Below, piece by piece: positions 11,960 to 24,856 of a DNA stretch of 64,000 bases (position 1 is its first letter; each line of letters begins with the position of its first letter). Position numbers and translations under genes: made by a program. The stretch covers positions 7,175,220 through 7,239,219 of the forward strand of contig JBJCIZ010000239.1 in NCBI GenBank assembly GCA_051294375.1, read 5' to 3'. The notes below the pieces were generated by a model that saw only the letters and a list, made by a program, of their open reading frames with translations, had not been told where the DNA came from and did no database searches. This DNA is from Paraspadella gotoi (Eukaryota; Animalia; Chaetognatha).

Positions 11960-13867
11960 NNNNNNNNNNNNNNNNNNNNNNNNNNNNNNNNNNNNNNNNN
12001 NNNNNNNNNNNNNNNNNNNNNNNNNNNNNNNNNNNNNNNNNNNNNNNNNNNNNNNNNNNNNNNNNNNNNNNNNNNNNNNNNNNNNNNNNNNNNNNNNNNN
12101 NNNNNNNNNNNNNNNNNNNNNNNNNCTTGGCTATGACCGCCAAACAAACCATAAATTCTGATGGAGAGAAGAAATAAAGTTCTTTCTTTACCGGAAATGA
12201 CGCGACGACGACGACGACGACGACGACGNNNNNNNNNNNNNNNNNNNNNNNNNNNNNNNNNNNNNNNNNNNNNNNNNNNNNNNNNNNNNNNNNNNNNNNN
12301 NNNNNNNNNNNNNNNNNNNNNNNNNNNNNNNNNNNNNNNNNNNNNNNNNNNNNNNNNNNNNNNNNNNNNNNNNNNNNNNNNNNNNNNNNNNNNNNNNNNN
12401 NNNNNNNNNNNNNNNNNNNNNNNNNNNNNNNNNNNNNNNNNNNNNNNNNNNNNNNNNNNNNNNNNNNNNNNNNNNNNNNNNNNNNNNNNNNNNNNNNNNN
12501 NNNNNNNNNNNNNNNNNNNNNNNNNNNNNNNNNNNNNNNNNNNNNNNNNNNNNNNNNNNNNNNNNNNNNNNNNNNNNNNNNNNNGAAGAAAAAGAAAATA
12601 AAAGAATAAAAAAATTAGAATAAAGAATAAAAAAAAGGAAGAAAAAGAATTTTAAAAAAAACAAAGAAACAAAAATTTTAAAATTTAAAAAATTTAAAAA
12701 ATGGTAAAAAATAGAAAAATTATAATTATTATTTATTTCTTATAAATGTAGGACTTTCTTCACTTGTATTTTCAGGAAATTTTAAATACATTCTGTTGAG
12801 ACCGCAAACTTATAAAAAATTTCAATTAATTTAAATAATTAATGATGGCGACTACACAATAATAACACCGACGATGAAAAATGATTGATGCTTAATTTTA
12901 TTAGTGATGAATATTTAAAGATGCATAATTATTACTGAATCTGGTCTGCATTTTAGCTCAAAACTTGTTGTTTTGTTATTCTTCATTTTGACAAAGAAAT
13001 GACGACCAATGATGATTATGATGACAACGAGGATAAACACCTCATGTTTAATTGAATGATGATTGATCAAATAAAAGAAATCATATCAGGCCTGTTAATT
13101 ATTAGGTCTTTGTCAAGTCACTGACCAGGCAACAACAACAACAGCAAACAACAACGTTTGAGAGATGACAATGATAACACTGATATTGTTTTAATTGATT
13201 GATTAATTGATATGATTAATTAATTAGTTTTTTAATAATTTATTGATAAATAAATTTATTTAATTGTTTATGATAATTTAAAATTGATTAATAATGATTG
13301 ATTGATCATTAATTTCAAGTGATTGATTGATTAGTTATTTAGTTAATTGATTGATTGATCAATTAATTAAATAATTGATTAATAATGCAACGCTGGTATT
13401 TACATAATAAAAAGAAAAAAGCAAATAGGAAATAGGTTTTGTTTTTTCATTAAACTCATTTCCACTTGAAACGATTCTTACAAATATTAAAATTTTCATG
13501 TAAAATTTTGTCACTTTTATGTTAACAAAAAAATTATTTAAAATTATTCTACCAATGAATTACATGTTTAAAGAGAATTTTATAAATAATACAAATCTGT
13601 CAAATGTAAAATTTTTAAAGAAGGAATCGATGTGCACTCGAAAACCGAAGCATCCGGCTAAAAAAGTAAGGATTGCACCCGAAAACGGAGCGGAGGGGTC
13701 TTGAGCGCCGGATGGCGCGCGAAAAATCGATCGCTTCCACATCTCTGAAGCGATGTAATATGGCGAAACTGGTTCTCAATTTTCGTTCTTCTTTCAAGAC
13801 AGAAGAGTTGGAAAAAAAATGAGAAAAAATGTTCTAGGCTCTTTTATACTCTTCTTCTGTCGTTGCT

Positions 13868-13930
<63 letters not shown>

Positions 13931-14931
13931 TCTCCTCTCCCCATCTCTCTCCCCATCTCTCGGGTCTACCGACCCTCGTCTCAAGGTCTGTTTTTTTCTG
14001 TTTTCTGTTGTATCCGACCCAAACGGGTTTCATTTTTTTTTTACTCTCCGTATTTTTCTTCTTCAAACCGAAGCAACGCGACGGACACGACGCGACGCGA
14101 CGAGAGGCCTCAAGTAAATCAAGATCAAATATCATCGAACACAACACCCTTTCCCCTCGACGGGAAGCTTCGCACACCCTTTTGAGCACACCGTCAAATT
14201 ATTTAAAAAATAACTCGTAATGATATTTAATTATATAAATTCTATTAATATATAATATTTATATTTTGATGACTAAAAGAAATATTAGAACCTTATATTT
14301 TAAAAATATTTGATGATAATAAGAATTATTATAACCTTATTATTTTTCTCCCACAACCGCTGCCATATCATTTCCAACGACATAGCAAGTGTGCCGCCTT
14401 TTGCTTCATTTCTCATTCAGTAATCAAATCTCCTGATATTTCTCGTCTCATGCTTTCTACTTGGACACCAAAACGAGGCACGACCAAACGCGCCAAAAAA
14501 AGTGAATCTATAAACCGAAGATTCGAATTCTAAAAAAAAAACGCCGCGGAGCCTCGAGCCTCTTGTGCCGGGATGGATAATGAGAGAGAAAGAGAGAATC
14601 AATGAAAACTGAATAGTTTAACGGTCAACGCATGCCTCGACGAGAATAAAAAAGAGGAATCCGCCCTTTTATTTAGTGTCGAAGTCGAATAAATATACTG
14701 TAAAAATGCGCCTAAGAAATTAAATAATCGTTTAAAAATCTAATAAAAATCTCAAAGCCAAACTAATATTTGAATTAAAAAATAACAGTTAAATATTTTT
14801 TGCTGAGCAGCAACAATTTTGTAAACGGGTTTATGTTTGCGTTTTTTTTTACAGATAAACAAAACTCATAATTCACGGAGATTCGCGTCAAAAAAACGAA
14901 AAAAGTTTCCTAAAGAAAAATCGCGAGAAAA

Positions 14932-15649
14932 ATGGCTGACCGAACAGGTAAAAAGTAACATAATTTAATGCCTTTTTGAAATTTATTTTTTACGTTAATT
15001 TTGAATAAGGCTCATTTTATGAGATCTTTAGAAAATTCAGGAGCATGTTTGGGATTTTTGCTCTGTCATTCACGAGACTCTACAAAAATACTGCAGGATG
15101 TCTCTCAACCAATTCACATTTGCTATTCATTCATCACTTCTCCTAATTATCATCACTTCTAATCTTATCTTATCTTATTCTTATCTTATCATCACCATCT
15201 TCCTAAGTTATACTCTTAGCTTTTCAGTCATCGCGTTACAACTTTATTCTATGAAATATACTTTAAAACTGTCTCTTTTTAAAATCTTAAATTCCGCCTC
15301 GACATTTTTACATATATATGATAATAATTAAAAAGTACTTCTGACAATCTTTCTCAGAAATCGACACGAAGACGAGGACGACGACGTAAGTTCGACGACG
15401 ACGACGACACGACGGCGAAGGCCCACCGTCTCCAAAGTCCTGACGCAAATCAAGAGCAAATATCCTTCAAGACCAGGGTCGACCTATTGCAAGATTCGAT
15501 GTTGGATGCGAGTGGAGATCGAGGCGAGGAGTTAGAGGAGAACGGATGAGTGGTTGGAGATTGTGAATGAGAAAGAAACCGTCGTCAACGTAAGCAATGA
15601 GTTGGTTGACATTGTTGAAGCAAGGAATGATAAGCAGCTTAGTCATTAA
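14932..15649 (+). CDS. Small two-exon acidic protein of unknown identity
   Basis: AAAATGGCTGAC...CAG|GTAAA micro-exon at 14932-14947; TTCTCAG acceptor ~15357; GC-richer coding-like exon to TAA ~15649. Confidence 0.35.
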
Positions 15650-15948
15650 CTGTTTGGACGGAAGTTTTGATTACAATGTCTCAGATTTTAAACTACTATT
15701 CAAGATTTCTTGTAGTTGTTACTGAATAAATTTATGAGTGAATCATAAAACTTTTGTAACAATATTGCGTAGAATCTTCTTTTAAGTCATTAGAATAATT
15801 TTAATACGAGTATATTTTTATTATGGAGAAATTCAGTGTCTTGACCAGTTATTTTTTAAATTTGACCTCTTTTCTCTCTTCGAGTTACGAGAGAAATAGA
15901 ACGTTATCTCTCATCGCAAAATGGTTATGGTACATTTTAATATTGATT

Positions 15949-15998
<50 letters not shown>

Positions 15999-16417
15999 TC
16001 TCTCTTCTTCTCTTCTCTCTCTCCTCTCTCTCTCTCTCTCTATTGAACAGTTTCTAAGTCCCTGTTTTCGTTATATCCATGATGATGACTGAGCAATAAA
16101 GTCGAAATATTTGAAAAAAATTGCTTCTGTTATGAACTGTATTTCTCCATAATGAAAATAAATTCGTCTATTAAATAATAGAATCATTTTTTCTACATAA
16201 CTAAATTACTAGTTTTTTTTAATTTCCCACCAGTTCTGTTAGTCACTAAACTAAAATAAAGCTAAACCAAACGTAAAAACTTTTAAAAAAATAAAACAAA
16301 CAAATGGAGTAATGGGAAATAAAACTTATTAGGTTTTTAAGAAAATCATTAATCACAAGTTTCTGTGTGACGCATTCGGGTTTGTCATGAATCACCATCC
16401 TAATATCTGAGCATTTC

Positions 16418-19400
16418 TCAGAAATAAATTCCAAAGTTCGCGTCGCAACGTCCGTCGTCCAGCGTGCATCCCACCGCCGACAGTTGCGAACGAAGAGAGA
16501 CTTTCCACGCATTCGATTTCCAAATTATAAAAAAGATATAGTAATACAAATAATAAATTACATAATAAAGAAGACATTAATACGTAAATAAATAAATTCA
16601 TAAATAAAGATAAAATAAAAAATAAAGAAACATAATTCAAAATAAAAGAAAAAATTAATGAATCAAGAATTCTGTGCAGGCTGTACTCCTAGTTCACTTG
16701 TCACATTCACGTGAGCTCTTCTTCGTCTGTGACGAGGACGCACCCAAACTCTCGAACATTTTGTGAAGCGGGATTTTCGTTGGCGTCACCACAAAGCTCG
16801 CTGGGTCCAACATCAAGACGTTAATGGAGAGCCACTTGGCCCAACACAGAGGATGATCTGAAGGATTCGTTGTATGGGTGCTGAAATTCCTTTGATGTAC
16901 AGTCCTCCACGTTAAAGATTGGCACCCCCTTACGAGCCTTCGGTCGAAATCTCCAATTCCCGAGGTTAAAGGCAAAGGTTCGACAGTGGAATGAATCAAG
17001 AATGAAATGACACAAATGAACAAAAGCTAATGCCTTTCGCTGTCAATGATCTTTAATCTTCCATTCGTAAGAAATATGTTAATTTACAATTAGTAGGTTT
17101 AAAGTCTCTTATTTTAGTTTCATCGTTTAAACTTTTCAACCATTAGACTTTACATTATCCGTCTGATTCAGCCAAGTACCCATTATAAACATCGCTTGAT
17201 GACCCTTCTACAGGCAAGTTAATACGGAATAAATTATATAATTATGTAACATGAAAATATATAACGAAAAAAGCTCAGTAAAACCGTCCGTCAGGAAGAT
17301 GGATCTTGGCGGTTTTTGACGATCTTCCATCCCGCCCTCTCGAACATCTCGATCTGATTTCAGTGCGTTTCTGGTTGTTGAGGACGAGATCCAGGACGAT
17401 GACGTTGAAGTTGCGTCGATGTGCATTCGGGTTCGATTCCTCGAACAAATCATTCGTTGAAGACTCGATAACAAACACAACAACAACAAATCGCAAGAAG
17501 TAAAAAACAAAAATAGATTTAATTATAAATGATTAATTAAAATTTAAAACTATATCATTTATATTCGAGATCTTCACCTTGGAGAGAGAATGTGAGTTGA
17601 TTCCCTTTCGCCAATGACGGTCCATCCATTCTATGCCCATGTAATTTGGGGACCTGATGTCGTTTAAACTACAATTATGCTTTCTTTTCCTTCTTTCTTT
17701 CTTTTTCTTTTTCATTCTTTTATTTGGTCGTCCTCCCTCCCTCCTTCCTTCCTTCCTTCCTTTCTTTCCTTTCTTCTTCTTCTTTCTTCTTCTTTCTTTC
17801 TTTCTTTTTTTTTTCTTTTCTCTTTTCTTTCTTTATTTTTCTTCTTCCTCTTTTGTCTTCTTTCTCTTTTTCTTCTTTCTTCTCCCACATCAATTTCCTT
17901 TCTACTCTCTCCCCCCCCCCTTGCCCCTCTTCCCATTAATCCCTACCTGGCTCCGCTGCACGAGGACGCTCTACCCCGCGTGCGAATGAAATCAGCAGCG
18001 TCGAAACAAGGTTCGAACTTCTTGGTGACGAACTTCCTTCTTCCGCCAATCTCATCGATGCACCCGTTTTCATGGGATATTCCTGAAGAGTATGACCACA
18101 ACAATTAAAGACGCGTGCCTATCAAATAATTAAGTTTTTATGCCGTCTAAGGACTAGCTTCCAAAAATAACATTCATCTCCTTATAAAGTAGATTAAGAA
18201 TTTTCCGGTTGTGATAAAACACTTCGTGTGTTTAATTGACCAAGCGACCCGCCTGCCAGCGCTATCGGATATTACTGATCGATCATGTCTAATGTCAGGG
18301 CAACAACTAAATAAAACTTCCCCAGTCAAATTTCTTGTAATATGGCGCTAAGTTGCCAAAGATGATGACTATCGGAAACTTCTTAACTCTTCTAGCAGCC
18401 ATAGAACAGCTCCAAGTCCTCACTCTTCCGAAAGCAGACACCGAGTTGGGATTGACCCGGTACCTCTGATCATAGCCTGAGGCCCGAGGGCTTACTCAAT
18501 GAGCCACAACGAAAGAAAAGTTCTTGATATGCGGTTGAACCTTAAAAGATTGATCCTGGATTCATCAGTCATCAAATCAAAAACTCACACGATCGTAAAG
18601 ATTCATGACATTTCGGTTGGGCGGGTGCCCCATTTAGCTGCCCGATTGAATAGTTCCTTGGATCAGCGCCGATTCTTTACCGAAGAAGCGCGCCGCGCCA
18701 AGGCCATCGGGGCTTCTTCGATGATCTCGTCGCCGATGACGGTGGATTCTCGAGGCATCGCCGCCGTATAAGCCTGGAAGTTCATTGTTGGATTTGATTG
18801 GATTTGATTGGATTTGATTGGATTAATTAGTTGCGACTTTTTTTGATCGATCCCTTATTGTCTTTTACTCATTGATCGATGCATTGACTTACATTTGATC
18901 ATTTTTTTTTTTATACTAAGGTTTAATTATTTCGTTGTATTTTGATTCGGATAAATTTTGATGATATTTGACTGATTGATTGATTATTGATTTTTAATCG
19001 TTTGTTTGCTTGGATTTGTATTTATCACCGAATCACCAATGTCTGACCTGAAACTTAAGTCGGCGTCTCGTATTCCTTTGCCAATCGATGATGTCGGTCT
19101 TTGACGACACCGCCCTCTTTGACGCTCAAGACGCGCAAAGCTTCTTCTCATCTCGGCGCGGCATTTCTGGAGATGCGCGCCGGAAATCCGCGTTCCGCCG
19201 TTTTCTCCATAGAATGAAGCGAAACGTTTTTCTAATGACTTAACGTCGCGTTCATATCATACAATGTGTGCAATGTAGAGGTTATGTTAGCGTAGAGTTA
19301 TGTTCAAATAATTATACTACATTCTTTTTCATTTCCATTTATTTTAGTTAATTTTTATTATTTTTTTATTCTCTTTCTTATATGTTCTTTTTCCTTGGTT

Positions 19401-20045
19401 GAAAATAATGTTCATCTCTTAATTCTTTTTTCTTTATTTTTTGTGTCCGAAAAATATTATCTTTTTTTTCAAATTATTTATTTTCTTTCATTCCTTTTTT
19501 AATACTTTTCTTCTATTCCGTCCTTCTTTTCCCTTCCTTCCCTTCTTCCCTTCCCTTCTTCACCCTTCATTCCACCGTTGGATAAAATTCCCAATAGTTT
19601 TCGTGATGTCGCTTTACCTCAATGTGAAGCGCGGATGTGAGCTCCATCAGCACGACCCACGATGATCTCCTCCAAAGGGATCCCACTCGTTCCAGGCCCT
19701 ACGACTGGAGAAGAAACGAGAGGAGAGGGAGTCACTGTCCCATACAATCATCTTTTCTATCTTAATTAATAAATTGGCGCCGTTTTCCTCGGTAGCGCCC
19801 CCATTTTGTTTTTAATATTATAAAACTTAATTTTAACTGTTAAATCTACTTTATCTTAACTTAAAACATAATCATGCCTTGAATGGTCAACTATCAATTT
19901 TCGAGTTTCACTTTTCACCTTACCCTTTTAATGACCTCACCTGTGAGATTGACCTGCGCTTGATACATTCGGGTTCGAGTGGTCGACGATGGAGAGACGT
20001 TGACCGCTTGGCAAAGACGGAACGCGTCACTTTGTGTCCGCGGAT
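16418..20045 (-). CDS. GATM: Glycine amidinotransferase (AGAT), about 8-9 exons, frameshifted; 5' end approximate
   Basis: Colinear minus-strand motifs: WNEWDP (~19690), AAMPR..VIGDEII.APMA (~18740), [17 protein letters not shown] (~18010), [10 protein letters not shown] (~17630), MHIDAT (~17420), [15 protein letters not shown]...[11 protein letters not shown] (~16800), GGGMH(C)WTTDV (~16460). Confidence 0.92.
18336..18567 (-). mobile_element. Diverged solo-LTR-like relative of TRIM family 1 in a GATM intron
   Basis: Minus strand has AGGTTCAACCGC..., TGGCTCATTGAGTAAG, GGGTCAATCCC, ATGGCTGCTAG..GTTAAGAAG and ends GCGCCATATTACA, colinear with the 10743-11034 LTR. No clear TSD; 5' end uncertain. 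Confidence 0.6.
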
Positions 20046-20204
20046 AACTAATATTTATTAAAAGGATTAGAGGATGGAGACAGAGAGATTTCATTTAGCG
20101 ATCTTATCCTTAAATTACAGGCGGAATTATGTTAACTGCGCTCTCTCTCTTCTCTCCTCTCTCTTCTCTTCTCTCTCTCTCTCTCTCTCTCTCCTTCTAT
20201 CTCT

Positions 20205-20244
<40 letters not shown>

Positions 20245-20602
20245 ACGCTAGTGGTGGGTCCCCTGTGGCGAGGATGGGTCACTTTTAAAACTAACTTAAC
20301 AAAACGAAAAGGATTTAAAGTCTAACTCAAACTTTAATTGAAAATCTTACCTTAAACTTACACTTTAAAAGTTCGAAGGACGGAATCCGATCGCGTTAAG
20401 TCTCGCCAAGATCATTTTGTCACGTGTGGATTTTTAATGCGATCTGAATGAAATATATTAATCTTTTTTGTTAAAATAAAACGAATCCGGGTTCTTAAAT
20501 CATCGTATATTACAAGTTGAATTCAACAGTTTAACGAAAAATAAAAGAAAAGAAAAGATGATCTTGAAAGGTTTCACTTGCGTTTGTCACGGTTTAAATC
20601 CT

Positions 20603-20727
20603 GGTCAAGGATAATAAAGTTTTTACATCAGCGGTCAAAATTAAATTTTTTACATTCAGTGGTCAAGAATTACAAGTTTTATATTCAGTAGGTCAAGAAA
20701 TACAAGTTTTTACATTCACGCGGTCAC
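20603..20727. repeat. ~29-30-bp minisatellite, ~4 units (GGTCAAGAA.TACAAGTTTTTACATTCAG)
   Basis: Tandem units directly visible. Confidence 0.75.
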
Positions 20728-22403
20728 CGAAAAAAAAAACAGGTTGTTCACGTGAACTCTTTCGAGGGAGATGAAAACGAGTTGGACGAATGTGACAATC
20801 GTCAAAAACCAAACTTTCCATAAGACCTTCTTATTCGACCTGGCCGGATAAAATCCATTCAACTAATAAAGACTCGATTAGAGTGATGCTTTCCGTCGCG
20901 CTCTAGCTTCTCGTGTTCAGTTTTCCTTGTAAAAAAATCCCAAACCTATTAATTACTACGTGGATACATGCCAATTTCTTGTAATACAGTGAATATGTTT
21001 GTTGCTCATAATATCTATGTTTCAAAAAATAGTAATCGCGTTTAGAGTTGTGATAAAAACGGTGATTGCCCTTATTCGCAAGTTGATCACGCCTTTTATA
21101 TGAAACTGATTTTCATTTCATTACCGCGGAAAAAAATAATATAAGTAAAAAAATATTAAGAACCGAATAATGAAATTAAATTCTTACGTCCACTCCGATG
21201 TTTTGTTGAAGGAGAGTCCATTCTGAATGTAAATTTGAATATGAAGCAATCTTAGAAGTAAACCAAATCGGATATAGTAGTACATATAAGAGATCCAACT
21301 CGCTCGTTTTAAAATCCAACAAACCAAAATCCAATAAACCAAATCCACTATATATTGTAAATTTGGAAATAAAATTATTTTATGACTTTAATATCAGACG
21401 CATAAGTATTGAATTTAGTAAAGATGAATTACTGTTTTAAATATTAAAATGCAATTCTAAATACATTTCACTCACTTGAACCCTGATTCGAAAAGGTCAT
21501 TCCTCCGCAACAAAAGTTGAATTGATTCTTCCGTCGCGTCCTCGAAACCGCGCGTGAAGAGAAGACGGAGACGCATTCGGTTGATGGCATACAATGACTA
21601 CAAAAAAAGAACCTCAACGGAGATTCTATCTCTGTGTGGCGGTCATTGTGTTTTTTATCTTAAAACGGCTAGTGCTAATATAGCTAATATAATAATACAA
21701 CCTGACTAATGTTATTTCGTTTAACAGTAAAAAAAACTTCTTCGTCCGGGTTTTTTTTTTCCGATTATAGATGATCGAGTGTAAATTGTTAGTAAATAAC
21801 ATTAAACAATTATTTAACTAAAACAATCATTGTTTCAGAAATCTAACAAAAAGAAGAAGAGAAATCTCTTTCGTCTCGAGCGAAGCCGTCGACGATTCAT
21901 GCGAACGACGACGACGCCTCTATGACTTAAGCGCGTAAAAGACGACCTGGGCCGCTCGACGTACCCTTGCGCCGCACCGACGACCTCGGCGCCGTCATAA
22001 CGACTCTCGCGTCGCGACGGTCCCGGAAATCGTTGAGGACGTCGAAGGATCAGGATTCTTGTCCAGTTTAGCTTCGCTGGATTCCTTCCTTCGGCGCCAG
22101 TTCACGGATCTTTAAACTCTTTCGCGATGACATTCTGACTTAGACTGAGAATATATTGTATTATATTTGGTGGAAATGTATAGTTTATATGAAGTTTACT
22201 ACTGATGCACGATTTCTGATGATGAAATTATATATTTTTTTTCAAAGAGAACTTTCTTGTGTACATCAGAACTTAGTAGTCATTTAGGAATATATAGATT
22301 ATAGCTATTATTGTTTTAATACCATTCGGTTTACTTTTTGTTTCTTTTAAAAATTTAAAAGTAATAGTTAAAATACAAACTCTTACAAAAGATTAAGGAA
22401 GCA

Positions 22404-23066
22404 TGTAGTCAGGGCATTGCTAGGTTTCACCCCGCCGGAATCATGACACTTTCAGTTGACCCGGTGGTATTGAGTAAAGCCATCAGCTTCATGACCACTA
22501 GACCGGGTTCAATCCCAACCTTGTACCTACCTGCGGAAGCGTGAGACGCGTTAAGCCGCCTTGGGGGCATGGAAACCCTCAGTGGTTCCAACCCAGGGAC
22601 CCGTCCATGGCTGCTAGAGGGTGGTTATTAGAATTACGGACAGTCATTTCAGCCCACAGGCCTATCCAACACTGTGAGCCACCTGTCGAGCTTCCCAACC
22701 TTCTTGATTCCAGCCCTGTGGTCTAGCTGAAGATTGCTCCCCTCCCTCCACTGAAGGCAGTGCAGGGTCTTAAATCTGGGGGCATGTAGTCGGGCAGTCC
22801 TAGGTTCACCCTCGCCGAGAATCATGACATTCTTTCAGTTTGACCGGTGGTCATTGAGTAAAGCCATCAGCTCATGACCACTAGACGGTTCTATATCCCA
22901 ACCCGTACCTACCCTGCTGGGAAGCGTGAGACGGCCGTTAAAGCCGCCTTGGGTGCTGGCAAACCCTCATAGCCTTGTCCAGAGCCCAGGGACCCGTTCC
23001 ATGGCTGCTAAGGGTTTATAGAAGACGACAGTCAATCTCAGCCCACGGAATGCGCCTTATTCCACA
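22404..23066 (+). mobile_element. Complete TRIM family 1 element: LTR (22404-22671), ~113-bp internal region, LTR (22785-23066)
   Basis: Two TG...CA direct repeats with tRNA-like A/B boxes; PBS-like sequence after the 5' LTR; GGGGG tract before the 3' LTR; 4-bp TSD AGCA (22400-22403 / 23067-23070); no coding capacity. Confidence 0.85.
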
Positions 23067-23826
23067 AGCATGCTCTTTATTTTTGTACTCCCGCCCTCTT
23101 GAATTCCCTCAGAAAAGCGGACGTTGATATTCCTTGGCAACGAAGATCAACTTTGGAAATCAAAAACTCGAAATCGACCGCGGAAGGAGACTCTCTCTCT
23201 CTCTCTCTTTATCTCTCTCTCTCTCTCTCTCTCTCTTCTTCTCTTCTCTCTCTCTCTCTTATATTATATATCGCTTTAAATGTTTTATAATTATTTTTCA
23301 TTTTTTTCAAATTCTTTCGGCGCACTCGCTATTTCGCCGACGCATTTCTATTTCGTATATCAACTGGTAAAAACGACAACCATATTAGCGCATGGAAAAT
23401 CAACTCGCAAATGACACAATATTAACGCCTGAATATCAACTATTTAAACAACGTAAAAACACTGAAAGGTTCACGGCTTTTTTGCGAAATAAAGTGGTAC
23501 GTAATCCTTCTCTTTCCTTGCAATCTTACCTCCGTTCTAAAAGCGGCAAAACAGTCGGTCGTATTGAATTTTTAAACCTGTTTAATTCGTAATAATCAGC
23601 GATATCACAGAGTTAAAAAAAATGCGGTGACAAACTATCGCAAACAACAGGAAAAGAAAAAATAACACAAAGTATGGAAAAGTAACGTCTTAAACAAACT
23701 CAAAGTCAAAAAAATTGAGCAAACTCGTTTAATTAACGAAAAGTAAAAACCATTGGTTTATAAATATTTATTAAATCGGAATGATAATTACTATTAATGA
23801 GAAGAGAGAGAGAGAGATGATGAGAT

Positions 23827-23867
<41 letters not shown>

Positions 23868-24317
23868 CGAGAGAAGAGAGTACACTAGAGAGATAAAGAC
23901 GATCGTTTCCGGTCAAACTTCTTCGTAATTCTCGGCGGCGGATTCCTTCGTTTGCGACCCGGTGATTCTAGCGCGTCGTGGAAAAGCGCCAGCTTCGACA
24001 TGAGAGGTCGTGAAAGGGAGATCGTCGTCCACATGACGCGTTCGTTCGTCGTCATCGTCGTCGTCGTCATCGTCGTCGTTGTCTTCGTTTCTCGAGAAAT
24101 TGCTGTTCCCCACATAATATTTTCTTCAATCTCTGTGATTTTAAAACAAACGTTATTATAATTTCTCGTCGTGTAGGGACTTAAAATTCTACACACCGGA
24201 TCTTCTGCTTTGTCGTGATTTGTATCGGAGTTGAAGAATCGGGTGGTCCGTTTGGAAGCTTCTTTAATTAGTGGTGCGTAGAGGTTAAAATATAGACATG
24301 GAGGGTCTATTATGGTG

Positions 24318-24815
24318 ACCATATAAAAGACCTCCATGTCTATATTTAACCTCTTCGCACCTCTAAGTTTAAAAAACGCTCCAAAACGGGCCTCCTCGAG
24401 TCTTCAACTCCGATACAAATTCGACGAAAAGAATGAAGATCCCGGTGTTGTAAGTATTTTTAAGTCTCCTACTACGACGGAAGTTATACTAACGTGTTTT
24501 TAATAAATCACAGAGTATTGAAAAAAAAGTGGGGAAACAGCAAATTTCTCGAGAAACACTCACAACGACGACGTATTGACGACGACGACGATGACGACGA
24601 CGACCGCGTCATTGTACGGAAACCGCCGGCTCCTCCCCTTAACGCCTTCTCATCGTCGAAAGCTGGCGCTTTGCCCACGACGCCGCTAGAATAACCTGCG
24701 TCCCAACGACAGGAAATTCCGCGCCGACGAATACGAAGAAGTTGACCGGAAACGATCGTCTTTCATCCTCTCTCTCCTCTCTCTCTCTCTCCTCTCTTCT
24801 CGCTCTCTCTCTCTC

Positions 24816-24856
<41 letters not shown>

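Noticed and set aside
16455-16475. Apparent loss of the GATM catalytic Cys (GGGMHA...)
   Set aside because: CAC-GC-TGG is one base short of CAC TGC TGG (H-C-W); most likely a deletion error.
4905-20045. NOLC1, SFT2D, TYW3 and GATM as pseudogenes
   Set aside because: Dense single-base indels affect genes and repeats alike while conserved motifs and introns persist; raw-read error is the simpler explanation.
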